63,710 bases of DNA, filler included, from Pseudomonadota bacterium (GCA_043820105.1; 8 parts of 7 records of this genome joined end to end with filler, not necessarily neighbours in it); one strand, 5' to 3'; counted from the first letter of the whole stretch, positions 8,877 through 19,339 are shown. Made by a program: numbers and translations. Notes: a model not told the origin generated them from the sequence alone.

Positions 8877-11144
8877 ATGGATATTAAAAAACAATTATCA
8901 GATGAATTTTCAGTTAACTTAAACTCTGTTGAAAATGTTTTATCACTTCTTGATGCTGATTCAACAATTCCTTTTATTGCTAGATACAGAAAAGAAGCAA
9001 CAGGGTCAATGGATGAAATCGTGCTTAGAAAGATTGATGAGCGATATAAATATTTTAATGAGCTCATCGCACGAAAAGAAACCGTTTTAAAAACGATTTT
9101 AGAGCAAGGCAAATTAACTGATGAATTAAAGTCAAAGATTGAAGTCTGTCTTGATAAAAGAAAACTTGAAGATCTTTATTTGCCTTATAAGCCTAAGAAG
9201 AAAACAAGAGCAACAGCTGCTAAGGAAAAAGGCCTTGAACCTTTTTTGAAATGGATTCTTGAAGCTCAGAATGAAACGAGTAATATTTTAGAAGAAGCAA
9301 AAAAATATATTAATGAAGAAAAAAAAGTTTTAACAACTGATGACGCTATAAAAGGAGCCAGTGATATTTATGCTGAAATGGTAGCAGAAAAGGCTGAACA
9401 CAGAGAGTTTGTTAGAAACTACTTTTTTGAAAAAGGTATTTTTGTTTCTAAGGTGAAAAAAGATTTTGAAGAAAAAGAAACAAAATATAAAATGTATTAT
9501 GATTACCAGATGCCTGTTAAAAATGTAGCATCTCATAATATGCTGGCTCTTTTTAGAGCAGAAAAAGAAAAGGTAATTATTTTCAAAGTTGATATTGATC
9601 TTGAAAAGCTTGTTAATTATTTGATTAAGGAAGAGTTCGCAATTTATGGTAATGCGCATGCAAGTTTTAAAAAAGCAGCGATTGAAGATGCCTATGATAG
9701 ATTGATGAGGCTTTCTTTGGAAGCTGAAGTAAGGATTCAAAAAAGAAGAGAAGCAGATCTTGAGGCTATAAAGACCTTTGCCACTAACTTGCAAAACCTT
9801 TTATTATCAGCTCCAGCTGGTAATTATCCAGTAATTGCTATTGACCCGGGTTTTAGAACTGGTTGCAAAGTTACTTGCTTAGATGCAACAGGAAAATATT
9901 TAGAATATAAGGCAATATTTCCTAATGAACCACAAAAGCGATTTGAAGAATCAAGAAATACTCTTTTTGATTTTATAAAAAAATATAAGCCAAAATTTAT
10001 TGCAATTGGTAATGGTACAGCTTCACGCGAAACTGAAAGCTTTGTTAAAAAAGCGATGCAGGATTTATCAAGTGGTCTTGAAAAACCTAATGTGGTTATT
10101 GTAAATGAATCCGGAGCCTCTGTTTATTCAGCGTCTGAAACTGCGATTAAAGAATTTCCAGATCTTGATGTTACTGTTCGTGGGGCAATCTCAATTGGAC
10201 GAAGGCTCATGGATCCGCTTTCAGAGCTTGTTAAGATTGACCCAAAATCAATCGGGGTTGGTCAATATCAACATGATGTAGATCAGACTCTTTTAAAAGA
10301 TAAGCTTAAACAAGTTGTTGAATCTTGTGTGAATAATGTTGGAGTGGAATTAAATAGGGCATCAGCTGAAGTCTTGTCTTATATTTCAGGAATAAATGCT
10401 CAAATCGCACTTAATATTTTAGACTATAGAAATAAAAACGGAAAATTTAAATCAAGAAAAGAACTATTAAAAGTTCCACGGCTTGGACCTAAGGCATATG
10501 AGCAGGCAGCAGGTTTTTTAACAATCTTAGAGGCAAAAAATCCTTTAGATAATTCAAGGGTGCATCCTGAAAGCTATTATGTTGTTGAAAAAATGGCGAA
10601 GGAGTTAAGTATTGAAATAAAAGAAATTATTAATAATGCAAAAGTAATTGATTCTTTAGATGTGGAAACCTTTACTGATAATAAAACTGGAAAATTAACT
10701 ATATATGACATTTTTCAGGAGCTTAAAAAACCAGGCCTTGATCCAAGGGAAGAATTTGAATATGCAAGCTTTTCAGATGATGTAATGGAGATTGAGGATC
10801 TGTCTGTAGGAATGGTTTTAAATGGAGTTGTTACGAACGTTACAAAGTTTGGCGCTTTTGTAGATATTGGCGTTCATCAAGATGGATTGATTCATATCTC
10901 GAATATAGCAAATCATTTTATTAAAGATCCAGCTGAAGTTTTGTCAGTTGGGCAAAAGGTTAAAGTTAAGGTTTTGGAAGTTGATAAAAAATTAAAAAGA
11001 ATTTCCTTGTCCAGAAAAGAGCTTTTAGCATGGCAGGCTCAGCACAACTTAGTGAAACCTGAGAGGCTTGAAAAACAAAATGAAAAAGCGCTAAATAATA
11101 AGGCAAATTTAAATGATCTTTTAAATAAATATAGTAAACGCTAA
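8877..11144 (+). CDS. tex: Tex/YhgF transcription accessory protein with S1 domain
   Basis: TIPFIARYRKEATG, IDPGFRTGCK, GNGTASRE, IGVGQYQHDV, C-terminal S1 FGAFVDIGVHQDGL. Confidence 0.96.
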   Translation: MDIKKQLSDEFSVNLNSVENVLSLLDADSTIPFIARYRKEATGSMDEIVLRKIDERYKYFNELIARKETVLKTILEQGKLTDELKSKIEVCLDKRKLEDLYLPYKPKKKTRATAAKEKGLEPFLKWILEAQNETSNILEEAKKYINEEKKVLTTDDAIKGASDIYAEMVAEKAEHREFVRNYFFEKGIFVSKVKKDFEEKETKYKMYYDYQMPVKNVASHNMLALFRAEKEKVIIFKVDIDLEKLVNYLIKEEFAIYGNAHASFKKAAIEDAYDRLMRLSLEAEVRIQKRREADLEAIKTFATNLQNLLLSAPAGNYPVIAIDPGFRTGCKVTCLDATGKYLEYKAIFPNEPQKRFEESRNTLFDFIKKYKPKFIAIGNGTASRETESFVKKAMQDLSSGLEKPNVVIVNESGASVYSASETAIKEFPDLDVTVRGAISIGRRLMDPLSELVKIDPKSIGVGQYQHDVDQTLLKDKLKQVVESCVNNVGVELNRASAEVLSYISGINAQIALNILDYRNKNGKFKSRKELLKVPRLGPKAYEQAAGFLTILEAKNPLDNSRVHPESYYVVEKMAKELSIEIKEIINNAKVIDSLDVETFTDNKTGKLTIYDIFQELKKPGLDPREEFEYASFSDDVMEIEDLSVGMVLNGVVTNVTKFGAFVDIGVHQDGLIHISNIANHFIKDPAEVLSVGQKVKVKVLEVDKKLKRISLSRKELLAWQAQHNLVKPERLEKQNEKALNNKANLNDLLNKYSKR

Positions 11145-11212
11145 ATAATGTAAAAGAATTAAGGAATTATAGTATTATCCATAAGTGTAATTTAAGAAAA
11201 AGGAGAACTTTT

Positions 11213-11518
11213 GTGAAAAAATTATATTATGCAAAACCTTTTTTGCGTTCATTTTCTAATTCAGTTAAAGCAGCCTGTATTTCAGGTAGCGCGGCAAATG
11301 AAAGCGGTTGGACCTGTGATGTTGGTGAGGTTCCTGGTATCGACGATCGATGTCATCCAGGATACTCTGCTATTTTGTATGAACCATTGTGGTACTATGC
11401 TTGTATGTCTACTGGGGAAGCTGCAGCTGGCGCCAATGATCCATGTAGTGGTGGCAGTACAGCAATAGTAACTGAAACCGGCAATGTATGTATTTCGGGC
11501 GGAGATTATGTCCCTTAA
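11213..11518 (+). CDS. Small Cys-rich protein, putative RiPP (ranthipeptide-type) precursor
   Basis: aggaga RBS + GTG; leader KKLYYAKPFL; six spaced Cys, five in CxxG context. Confidence 0.6.
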   Translation: MKKLYYAKPFLRSFSNSVKAACISGSAANESGWTCDVGEVPGIDDRCHPGYSAILYEPLWYYACMSTGEAAAGANDPCSGGSTAIVTETGNVCISGGDYVP

Positions 11519-11639
11519 TAGATTATTCTAAAGAAATTTATCCGTCTTTTTATTTGACTATTTAATCATAGCTTGGCATGCAATGCGTTACCTCTGTGCC
11601 TGCTGTAAAAAAAAATATTTAGTAATAGGGTGAGCTTTT

Positions 11640-12443
11640 ATGAATTCAAAAACTCTACTTCCTATATTTCTAAGCTTCTATTTTTCTATAAATATATTTT
11701 CCTTAGATGAGCAAAGTGATATTGCCACTGAAACTATTGAACAATACCAGCTTGGAGATAAAATAATTAATATCGTTGAATACAAAAAAGGAAAATCAGA
11801 TATTGTTTTTTTCAATATGCATGATGATGAAAATACAGGAGTTGAAGCTGGTCGCCAAGTTATTGATGAATTTGGAGGTAGGCTAATTGAAATTAAGTCA
11901 GAAGGCGATCGTCTTTTATGTTTTGACATTAAAGGCAAACGATACATCTTTGATCCTAATAAAATATTTACAGACAAAGGGATTGAGGCAACTTTAAAAA
12001 AATATGGAGACTATAATAAGCTAGCCCATGAAGAAGTGACAAAATTAGCCAATGTATTAATTGAAAAAGTTCTAAAAGATGAACCTAAAATGATTGTCAC
12101 TCTTCACAATAATGATAATGGTGATTTTAATATTAGAAACTATCGTGATAGGGCTTTGTTTGGAAGACAAGCTCTTGATTATTATTACAATGATGAAATT
12201 GACAGAGATGATTTTTACTATGTAAACTCTGAAGTAGAGTTTTATTATTTTACCAGTCGCGGCTATTCAGCAGTTTTGCAAGACAATGATTATATGACAA
12301 GTGAAGGTGATGATGGATCTTTTTCTGTTTACGCTGCTCTTCATTACTTGCCTTATATTAATGTTGAAGTCCAAGATGGGCATTTTGATGTTCAATATGA
12401 AATGATAATCAAGGTGCTGGAATACCTTGAGAAAGTAATATAG
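11640..12443 (+). CDS. Secreted hypothetical protein, possible Zn-dependent deacylase/M14-like fold
   Basis: Signal peptide; HDDE, FDPNKIF, TLHNN, YINVE motifs. Confidence 0.55.
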   Translation: MNSKTLLPIFLSFYFSINIFSLDEQSDIATETIEQYQLGDKIINIVEYKKGKSDIVFFNMHDDENTGVEAGRQVIDEFGGRLIEIKSEGDRLLCFDIKGKRYIFDPNKIFTDKGIEATLKKYGDYNKLAHEEVTKLANVLIEKVLKDEPKMIVTLHNNDNGDFNIRNYRDRALFGRQALDYYYNDEIDRDDFYYVNSEVEFYYFTSRGYSAVLQDNDYMTSEGDDGSFSVYAALHYLPYINVEVQDGHFDVQYEMIIKVLEYLEKVI

Positions 12444-12488
12444 ATTCTTTAGATTTATTAATCACCTTAAAATGAAGCTGCATTTTTT

Positions 12489-13277
12489 TTATTCATTAAG
12501 CAGATTATCTAAATTATATTTTTCAGGTAAGCTCCAAGGGGTGTCATAAACTTCTTTTAATAAATCAAACGAGTCATCATATCCTAAGTTAGTTAAGGGA
12601 ATCGAAGCACTAATTGAACAATAATAGTTTTCATTGCATGAGCTTGCTTCAAAGCAACCAATAGCATTACCACCACCAGTTGGAAAATCATAGGCCTTGC
12701 AGATTAAATTATCATATCCTTTTATTTTAAATGTGATATTTCCATCATAAGTTGTATAATGAAGCACTGGATAATATGTTTGGGGGCGCTTCATAACTTC
12801 TTTTGCTATTGCCTCATAATGTTTTTCTATTTCATTATGGGTGAAAACATGGATTAATTGATACCCTGAAACATATGCAAACGGTCCTCTTGTCAAGGAA
12901 ACATCACGGTGATAGTGTAAAGTAATTGTGTTTTTACTTTCAGGGTTTGTTTGGAAAATGCAGTTTCTATCTTTGGAAGTATAAAATATTATTGGATAAT
13001 TATCATCAATTTGTCTTTTTTCTCCATCATAATATTCACCAATTTCAATAAATTTTTCTTCTTCATACTCGCATATAACATCTTCATAGACAATTCGTTC
13101 TTTTTTTCTTTCTTCTGTTTCTTGTTCCTTTTCTGTGTCAGTTTTAAAGTAGTTGCCAGCGCTATTTATCAATTCATCGATGTCATCAAGAATATTAGCT
13201 TTTACATTAATTGAAATTAGTAGGCAAATTAATAGAACTGTTGTTGTTATTTTTGAATATCCCATCTCTTTCTCCAA
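12489..13277 (-). CDS. Secreted hypothetical protein
   Basis: 262-aa ORF with N-terminal signal peptide; no family recognised. Confidence 0.65.
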   Translation of the reverse strand: MEKEMGYSKITTTVLLICLLISINVKANILDDIDELINSAGNYFKTDTEKEQETEERKKERIVYEDVICEYEEEKFIEIGEYYDGEKRQIDDNYPIIFYTSKDRNCIFQTNPESKNTITLHYHRDVSLTRGPFAYVSGYQLIHVFTHNEIEKHYEAIAKEVMKRPQTYYPVLHYTTYDGNITFKIKGYDNLICKAYDFPTGGGNAIGCFEASSCNENYYCSISASIPLTNLGYDDSFDLLKEVYDTPWSLPEKYNLDNLLNE

Positions 13278-13814
13278 TTAAGGTTTTTGATTTGTTTCAT
13301 TGTTGCTGCCCTAAAAGAGGTGGTTTTTGATTTGATTGATTTGACACATAGCGCAAGCTATATGCTTTTGCAAGGTAAAAATGCCTCGTATTTTTTTCTC
13401 CACTGCCTTTTTTGGTGACAGAGCCCATTTTAATGATATGGAAATGGATAAAGATGGTTTTAGAATATGTTTCCTGTGACAAGTAGATCTCAACTTATAT
13501 CCATATAGTTTGTTTTATTGTCACTTTAACATAAATTTTTATTTATCAAATTGTAAGCTTTTTAAACTATTGCACTTTAATGATTCCTTGCCTTGGTCTT
13601 TAAGTTGCATTATTAGAGCTTTCTAACACTATCAGAACCCTAGTCTTAGCTTGCCTGATGTTTCTAGACAATGACAATGGGTTAAATTGTAAAAATCACA
13701 ATTAAAACAATAATAATATTTTTGGTTCATCTCCAATTCGAATACCTAAACAATAGTACACCCAGTCTCCAGTTAAATCGGAGAATAAGAGCGCAAAAAT
13801 CATTAGCCTCATTT

Positions 13815-13850
13815 TAATCTTAATCATAATCCTAAACTTAATCCTAATCT
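13815..13850. repeat. Hexamer tandem repeat (TAATCY-like) x6
   Basis: taatct taatca taatcc taaact taatcc taatct. Confidence 0.75.
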
Positions 13851-13883
13851 AATAGTGTGTTATGTTTATAGAAAAATTATTCT

Positions 13884-14594
13884 TTGTGGGTACTCAGATT
13901 GGAGATGATCCTTTTTAATTTAAATGAAGAAGTTTTTGCTGTTCAAGAATTTGCTGATCATGTTTTAGTGAGTTCAGAAAAGAAAACTTATAAAGCAAAA
14001 TATGTAATTTTAGCTACACCTTCATATGTCGCAAATAAGCTATACTCCCCAATTTCCCAAATCGAAAAAGATTTAATGTCCTCTGCTTATGGAAAGATTA
14101 TTTCAGTTGTTTGTAAAACAAACAAGAGATGGTGGGATGATGAAAAGTTAAAAGGTCTATATTCAATGTCATTTCCAGATCGCGAAGCTTCCATTTTAGG
14201 TTCAATTCTTTTCTTATCTGCTATTCCAAATCGAGTTCCAGATGATAATGAGGTTTTGCAGATATTTTTAAGTGAAAAAGGAAGCGAAAAACTATTTAAT
14301 TTTAGTAAGGAAGTCATCATAAGTGCCTTCAAAAGAGAAATTGATGTCTATCTAAATGGTTTTTCTTCTTCTCTGGAAGATTATAAGATTAAGAAATGGT
14401 ATGGAGGTATGGTTAATGTGCCAGTTGGCAAGGCAAAACTAATAAAATCCTATAGAGAGCTAATATCAGAGAAATTCAAAGAAGCTAATAGCCGAGTAAT
14501 CTTAGCAGGAGATTATGTTAATATCCCAGGTCTTGAAGGAGCATACTCAAGTGGACTTTGGGCAGCTGAAAAAATTGAAAATGCGATGAAATAA
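13884..14594 (+). pseudogene. C-terminal half of an FAD-dependent amine oxidase/HemY-like oxidoreductase
   Basis: AKYVILATP and LAGDY..PGLEGAYSSGLWAAE present; N-terminal GxGxxG dinucleotide-binding motif absent. Confidence 0.65.
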
Positions 14595-14813
14595 AATCTT
14601 GACAGTTGACGCTATGTGCAATAGTTGAGTTTGCGTGACGTCAAATTATCTCTTGATTTGACGCAATGGCCAATGATTATGGTACCTTTGAAACAATCTA
14701 TTCATTTAATAGCATATTTAAAAACTACTTTTTTTGAGCATCTTTATGAAATCCAACACAATAATTTTAATTAAGCGGCTTTTTTAGCTTTAGCTTAGAA
14801 AGGGGTTTTCGGG

Positions 14814-15998
14814 ATGAAGACAAGTTTTTTGATTAGTTTAATTGGTGCACTTTTATTTTTTCTGTCTTCAAGTACTTTTTCAGAACAGATTCCAGAAGGT
14901 CCAGATCTTGATATCTCTCATTGTGACTTAGAAGGTGATTATAAAATAATTGATCACATTGTAAAGCAATATAATGATGATTTGGTAATTGAGGAAGTAT
15001 TTATTCAGGAATTAGATTTAGAAATTGAGCAATTTTCTTTTACCAGATTGTATAAAAAAGATCTTAAAGAATTCAAAACTCCAATTATTATGAGACCTGG
15101 TTCTAATATGAATTTTGATTCATTTTTAATTGGTGAAAATCCTTTGGCTGAGGCTTTGGCAAATGAAGGTCATTTGGTTTATGGATATAATCCCAGACCT
15201 GGTCAAATTGAGTTTATGGAATGGTTTTCTTCACATCATACTGAATCTTGGGGTATGGCTCAAAATGTTCGAGACATGAAATATCTGGCTGATGTTGCCT
15301 TTTGTGATACTGAAAAAAAACCTGTTTATTTAGGTTATTCCATAGGGGCGATTATTGGTTATGCTGTTGGCAATGCACATCCTAATGCTTTTTCTGGAAT
15401 GATTCTATTAGATGGAACTTTATACTCAACAAACCCTGAATTTATAGAGAATTTTAAGGCTAGTTGTGAAGAAGCTGAAGATGCCCTTGCACATTCAAAT
15501 TATTTAGAAAGTGCTACTTGTGGTGTTTTTTATGCAACAAAAAAACTAGCAGATTTAAGTGATGCTGCTTTTGGTGCATTATATGATGCTTTAACAAATC
15601 CAATGGAAGGAATGACTCCAGGCTATACCTATGTTACAGCAGATGATCCAGAAGCTAAAACGTTTAAGTATTCGTCAAAAGAAAATTTAATGACTCTTGT
15701 TGAAAATATTAATATTTTTCAAACATGGGCTGTTTATAGAGATTATCGTTGTGAAATCTCATCTGGCGAAAGAAAATTTACAAACAACTTATCAGAATTT
15801 AAAGCGCCTCTGTTAGCTGTTTCAGCTGAACATGGATTTGGTGATTATATCAAAGAAGGCCTGACAATTTGGGGAAGCGATGATAAGACTTATATTAAAA
15901 AAATAGGATATTCACATGCTGATTTAATGTGTGCCGTTGATCAAGATAGTGCTTTGAATAATGATGTTCTTGCATGGTTGAGAGATAGGAAATTTTAA
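14814..15998 (+). CDS. Secreted alpha/beta hydrolase
   Basis: Signal peptide, GYSIG nucleophile elbow, C-terminal YSHAD His. Confidence 0.8.
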   Translation: MKTSFLISLIGALLFFLSSSTFSEQIPEGPDLDISHCDLEGDYKIIDHIVKQYNDDLVIEEVFIQELDLEIEQFSFTRLYKKDLKEFKTPIIMRPGSNMNFDSFLIGENPLAEALANEGHLVYGYNPRPGQIEFMEWFSSHHTESWGMAQNVRDMKYLADVAFCDTEKKPVYLGYSIGAIIGYAVGNAHPNAFSGMILLDGTLYSTNPEFIENFKASCEEAEDALAHSNYLESATCGVFYATKKLADLSDAAFGALYDALTNPMEGMTPGYTYVTADDPEAKTFKYSSKENLMTLVENINIFQTWAVYRDYRCEISSGERKFTNNLSEFKAPLLAVSAEHGFGDYIKEGLTIWGSDDKTYIKKIGYSHADLMCAVDQDSALNNDVLAWLRDRKF

Positions 15999-16133
15999 AG
16001 AAAGTATAGTGTTCAGCATATAGGCTGAAGAGTTCAGAGTTTGGTCTAATGCTTGTTTTTTGTTTCAATTGACAAACCTTTTTAATCTATAATTAATAAA
16101 TACTATTTTAAAATTATCTTAATATGGTGAAAT

Positions 16134-16838
16134 ATGTGTTTGAATTTTCTAAGAAAAGAAATGAAAAAAATCGCTGATCCTGAGAAGAAAAAAGTTTTAC
16201 AGCGATTTTTTAAGACTGGCCCCGGGCAATATGGTGAAGGGGATGTTTTTATTGGGATCAAGGTGCCTGATCTTAGGAAGCTTTCAAAAAAATATAAAGA
16301 TCTTTCCTTTAAAGAAATAAAAGAATTGTTGAAGTCTGAAGTTCACGAAGAGCGCATACTAGCAATTTTTATTATGATTCTTCAATACAATAAAGGCGAT
16401 GATAAGCTTAAAAAGAAAATCTTTGATCTTTATTTAAAATCTACAAAGCATATTAATAACTGGGATCTAGTTGATTTGTCAGCTCATCATATTGTTGGTG
16501 ATTATTTAAATGATAAAGATCGCAGTATTTTGTTTGAACTCGCGAAAACGAATGATCTGTGGAAAAAGCGAATTTCCATGATTTCGTGCTTTTTCTATAT
16601 AAGGAAAAAAGATTTTTCTGATGCTCTAAAAATCTCCAAGATTCTTTTGAATGACGACCACGATTTAATTCACAAAGCCGTTGGCTGGATGCTGCGTGAA
16701 ATCGGCAATCGTGATTTGAAAACAGAAGAAACATTTCTTAAAAAACACTACAAAAAAATGCCAAGAACCATGCTTCGTTATGCAATTGAAAAATTTGAAG
16801 AAGGCAAAAGGCAGGATTATTTAAAGGGTAGGATATAG
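16134..16838 (+). CDS. DNA alkylation repair protein (AlkD family)
   Basis: FFKTGPGQYGEGD, INNWDLVD, HDLIHKAVGWMLRE, MPRTMLRYAIEK. Confidence 0.93.
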   Translation: MCLNFLRKEMKKIADPEKKKVLQRFFKTGPGQYGEGDVFIGIKVPDLRKLSKKYKDLSFKEIKELLKSEVHEERILAIFIMILQYNKGDDKLKKKIFDLYLKSTKHINNWDLVDLSAHHIVGDYLNDKDRSILFELAKTNDLWKKRISMISCFFYIRKKDFSDALKISKILLNDDHDLIHKAVGWMLREIGNRDLKTEETFLKKHYKKMPRTMLRYAIEKFEEGKRQDYLKGRI

Positions 16839-16849
16839 CTGTTTCGATT

Positions 16850-16950
16850 CTCCTTATTCATGCAATAAATATATTTTTATAGCCCTCATGCAGTCGTGCT
16901 CTTGCATTTTTATGCTTTTTGAAAAAGAGCTTTTATTATGTTTTTTTTAT
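16850..16950 (-). repeat. Partial copy of the MITE-like element at 59454-59661
   Basis: Reverse complement shares ctctttttcaaaaagcataaaaatgc..cacgactgcatga..ataaaaatatatttatt with 59454-59540. Confidence 0.8.
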
Positions 16951-17177
16951 TACTGCTAAGTCCCACAATAAATGAGAAAGGAATGTCCAAATATTCTCAA
17001 ATTATCAGATAAATAATATCCCGCTTTTATCCCGCTTAGAAATTTGGGACTAATTAAATGTTGCTATATTATAATTTAGAATAAATAAGAAGCTTTGATG
17101 AAAACATAAAAGGACTGAGTAAAGAGAAATAGCTTATGATCTGACAAATCACTATTATCTCTTTACTCTAACAAACT

Positions 17178-17589
17178 ATGAATATATCTAAAATAATTAA
17201 ATCGTATGAGCAAGAAATAAATTCAAATAATTTTCGTCCCAGATCTTGATTGTTGTCCGGATTGTTATGGTAAGGCAAAAGATTTTAAGCGGCATGACAA
17301 AAGGCAAAAGCTGTTTAAGACGATAATAAATGGGTTTGTAGAAGCAGTAGTATCATTTCTTTATCGGTTCAAATGTCCTATTTGCGGCAAGACGTTTACC
17401 TATTATCCTGATTTTGTAATTCCATACAAACATTATACAAAGCCTGACATTTTAGCAAAGAGTACCCAATATCTTGAAGATGATAAAGCCACTTACAGAA
17501 GTGTTGTAGCTTATGACGGTGACTTAATAGCTTATGCTGATGTCGATGGAGAGATTGATGAAAGGTCTTTGCAAGTAGTGCCATTATAA
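17178..17589 (+). pseudogene. Frameshifted, truncated Zn-ribbon transposon accessory gene (DUF6431-like; not in ORF track)
   Basis: Own translation: MNISKIIKSYEQEINSNNFR then frame change at ~17238 to PDLDCCPDC..FKRHDKR..RFKCPICGKTFTYYPDFVIPYKHY; ends where the IS110 left end begins. Confidence 0.65.
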
Positions 17590-18713
17590 TGAAAAGCATC
17601 TCTCGCTTCTGTATAAATTGTTGTATAACAATATTATTATTAAGATACAAGAAGGAGAGACGCAATGAATAGTTATATTGGAGCAGATTTGCATTCAAAG
17701 TCAATAACTTTTTCAAGAATTAATTTAAGAGGCAAGTTACTGGAGACAGAGACAGTTTCTACAAGTGAGCTGATGGTTTTAAAATATATTGGTTCAATAA
17801 AGGGTAAAAAAAGTATTACTTTTGAAGAGGGACCAATGGCTCAATGGATGGTAAATATTATCCATGATAAGGTTGATAAATATCTTGTTTGTGATCCCAA
17901 GAAGAATGCATTGATTTATAAGGGAAATAGTAATGATAGAATTGATTCAGAGAAACTAGCAGAGCTATTACTATTGAATCGTTTAAAGGAAGTAGTTCAT
18001 CCTGTTCAAAAAAGGAGACAAGAATTTAGAGAACTAATGAATACTTATTTTAAAGTAACTAAGGATATTAGAAGATCTAAGTGTCGTTTAAAGTCTTTGT
18101 TTAGAATGAAAGGGATTTTATGTGGAGGCAGTAAAGTTTATAATCCTGAAGCAAGAAAGGATTGGGCAAGCAAGCTAGTTGAACATAAAGTCACATTTAA
18201 TAGTGCTAATCTTTATTGGGAGCAGATAGATTTATTAACAAGACAGAAAGATATCCTATATAATGAAATAAAAAAGCAGAAACATCATTTCAAAGAGATA
18301 GAAAAATTTTTAATAATACCAGGAGTTGGTTTAATAACCGCAGCGACATTCAGTGCCATAATATTTGATCCTTTTAGGTTCAATAAAAAGTCTCAAATTT
18401 GGACATATTGTTGCTTGGGTTTAGAAGAAAATGACAGTGGAATTAATCCCAATGTGAGTTTAGAAAGAAAAAGAAGAGATAAAATAATAAGACATTTAAC
18501 AAAGTCAGGAAATAGACGATTAAAATATGTTTTAAAGAGTTCAGCAGAAACTGCTTGCCATAGATGCAATGACAATAAATATAAGAGAAAATACTTAAAG
18601 CAAAGATTAAATGGATTGTCTGAAAGTTCGAGCATCTTAACGGCGTCAAGGATGATATCAACTGATTTGTGGGGTATATTTAAGTATGTGAATAAACAAT
18701 AAGCTTTAACCCA
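17580..18713 (+). mobile_element. IS110-family (probably IS1111-subgroup) insertion sequence, right end lost in gap
   Basis: Transposase with a short left end containing TATAAT at 17585-17590; left boundary approximate. Confidence 0.75.
17665..18702 (+). CDS. IS110 family transposase/recombinase
   Basis: YIGADLH, FEE, NDRIDS (DEDD RuvC-like), IPGVGLITA, NDSG catalytic Ser, LTKSGNRRLK. Confidence 0.93.
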   Translation: MNSYIGADLHSKSITFSRINLRGKLLETETVSTSELMVLKYIGSIKGKKSITFEEGPMAQWMVNIIHDKVDKYLVCDPKKNALIYKGNSNDRIDSEKLAELLLLNRLKEVVHPVQKRRQEFRELMNTYFKVTKDIRRSKCRLKSLFRMKGILCGGSKVYNPEARKDWASKLVEHKVTFNSANLYWEQIDLLTRQKDILYNEIKKQKHHFKEIEKFLIIPGVGLITAATFSAIIFDPFRFNKKSQIWTYCCLGLEENDSGINPNVSLERKRRDKIIRHLTKSGNRRLKYVLKSSAETACHRCNDNKYKRKYLKQRLNGLSESSSILTASRMISTDLWGIFKYVNKQ

Positions 18714-18813
18714 NNNNNNNNNNNNNNNNNNNNNNNNNNNNNNNNNNNNNNNNNNNNTTAATTAATTAANNNNNNNNNNNNNNNNNNNNNNNNNNNNNNN
18801 NNNNNNNNNNNNN

Positions 18814-18932
18814 CACATATTGAGGATGATGAGTACATCCTCCTCAATATGTGCTTTATGTTTTAGTTTTTATATCTTTTGCACCAATTGAACCTTTATA
18901 CTTGAATATTATCCCAGAAAGTTCCTACGGAT
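18814..18932 (+). repeat. 119-bp terminal direct repeat, copy 1
   Basis: Identical to 24241-24359 at the other end of the same segment. Confidence 0.97.
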
Positions 18933-19230
18933 GAATCCGATTAATCGTTGATCACCATCATCAATTTCCTCTATCCTTTTGGGCTCACCTTCAATAAATC
19001 TTGGACCTAACAAATCATGCAAGGCTATTATTGTTGATCCACCATCAACGGGCAATTTTGTGCAGAAATATTGCTTATTGTAATAATCAAATATGTCATT
19101 TCAGGCAGTTAAAGAACGCACCTCTGGGGGTAAGAGCGACATTTCTTCCACTATTTTATAAGATTGAGGTTAAAATGATTACAGTTTAACATAAAAGATG
19201 CGCCTACTTCTAAATAAGTGCTTTGAATTT

Positions 19231-19250
19231 AAGTTGAATTTTCCTAGCAT
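19231..19250 (+). mobile_element. Candidate IS91-family oriIS end
   Basis: aagttgaattttcctagcat resembles the AAATTCCTATxCAT-type oriIS terminus; it lies downstream of the transposase tail if the segment is closed through the repeat. Confidence 0.5.
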
Positions 19251-19254
19251 TTCC

Positions 19255-19270
19255 TGGAACAAGAATTGCA
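19255..19270 (+). promoter_or_regulatory. sigma54 promoter candidate
   Basis: TGGAACAAGAATTGCA, GG-N10-GC, 70 bp before the 19340 start. Confidence 0.6.
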
Positions 19271-19339
19271 GAATATTGTTATTGCCTTATTTTGGCAAAT
19301 AAAGGTATTTTATAATAAACAACATGAAATGGGATTATT

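Noticed and set aside
16950-17665. Long left-end bridge RNA or TIGR-like array upstream of the IS110 gene
   Set aside because: Most of the stretch translates as a frameshifted Zn-ribbon gene, no periodic repeats were seen, and the protein retains IS110 catalytic Ser features.
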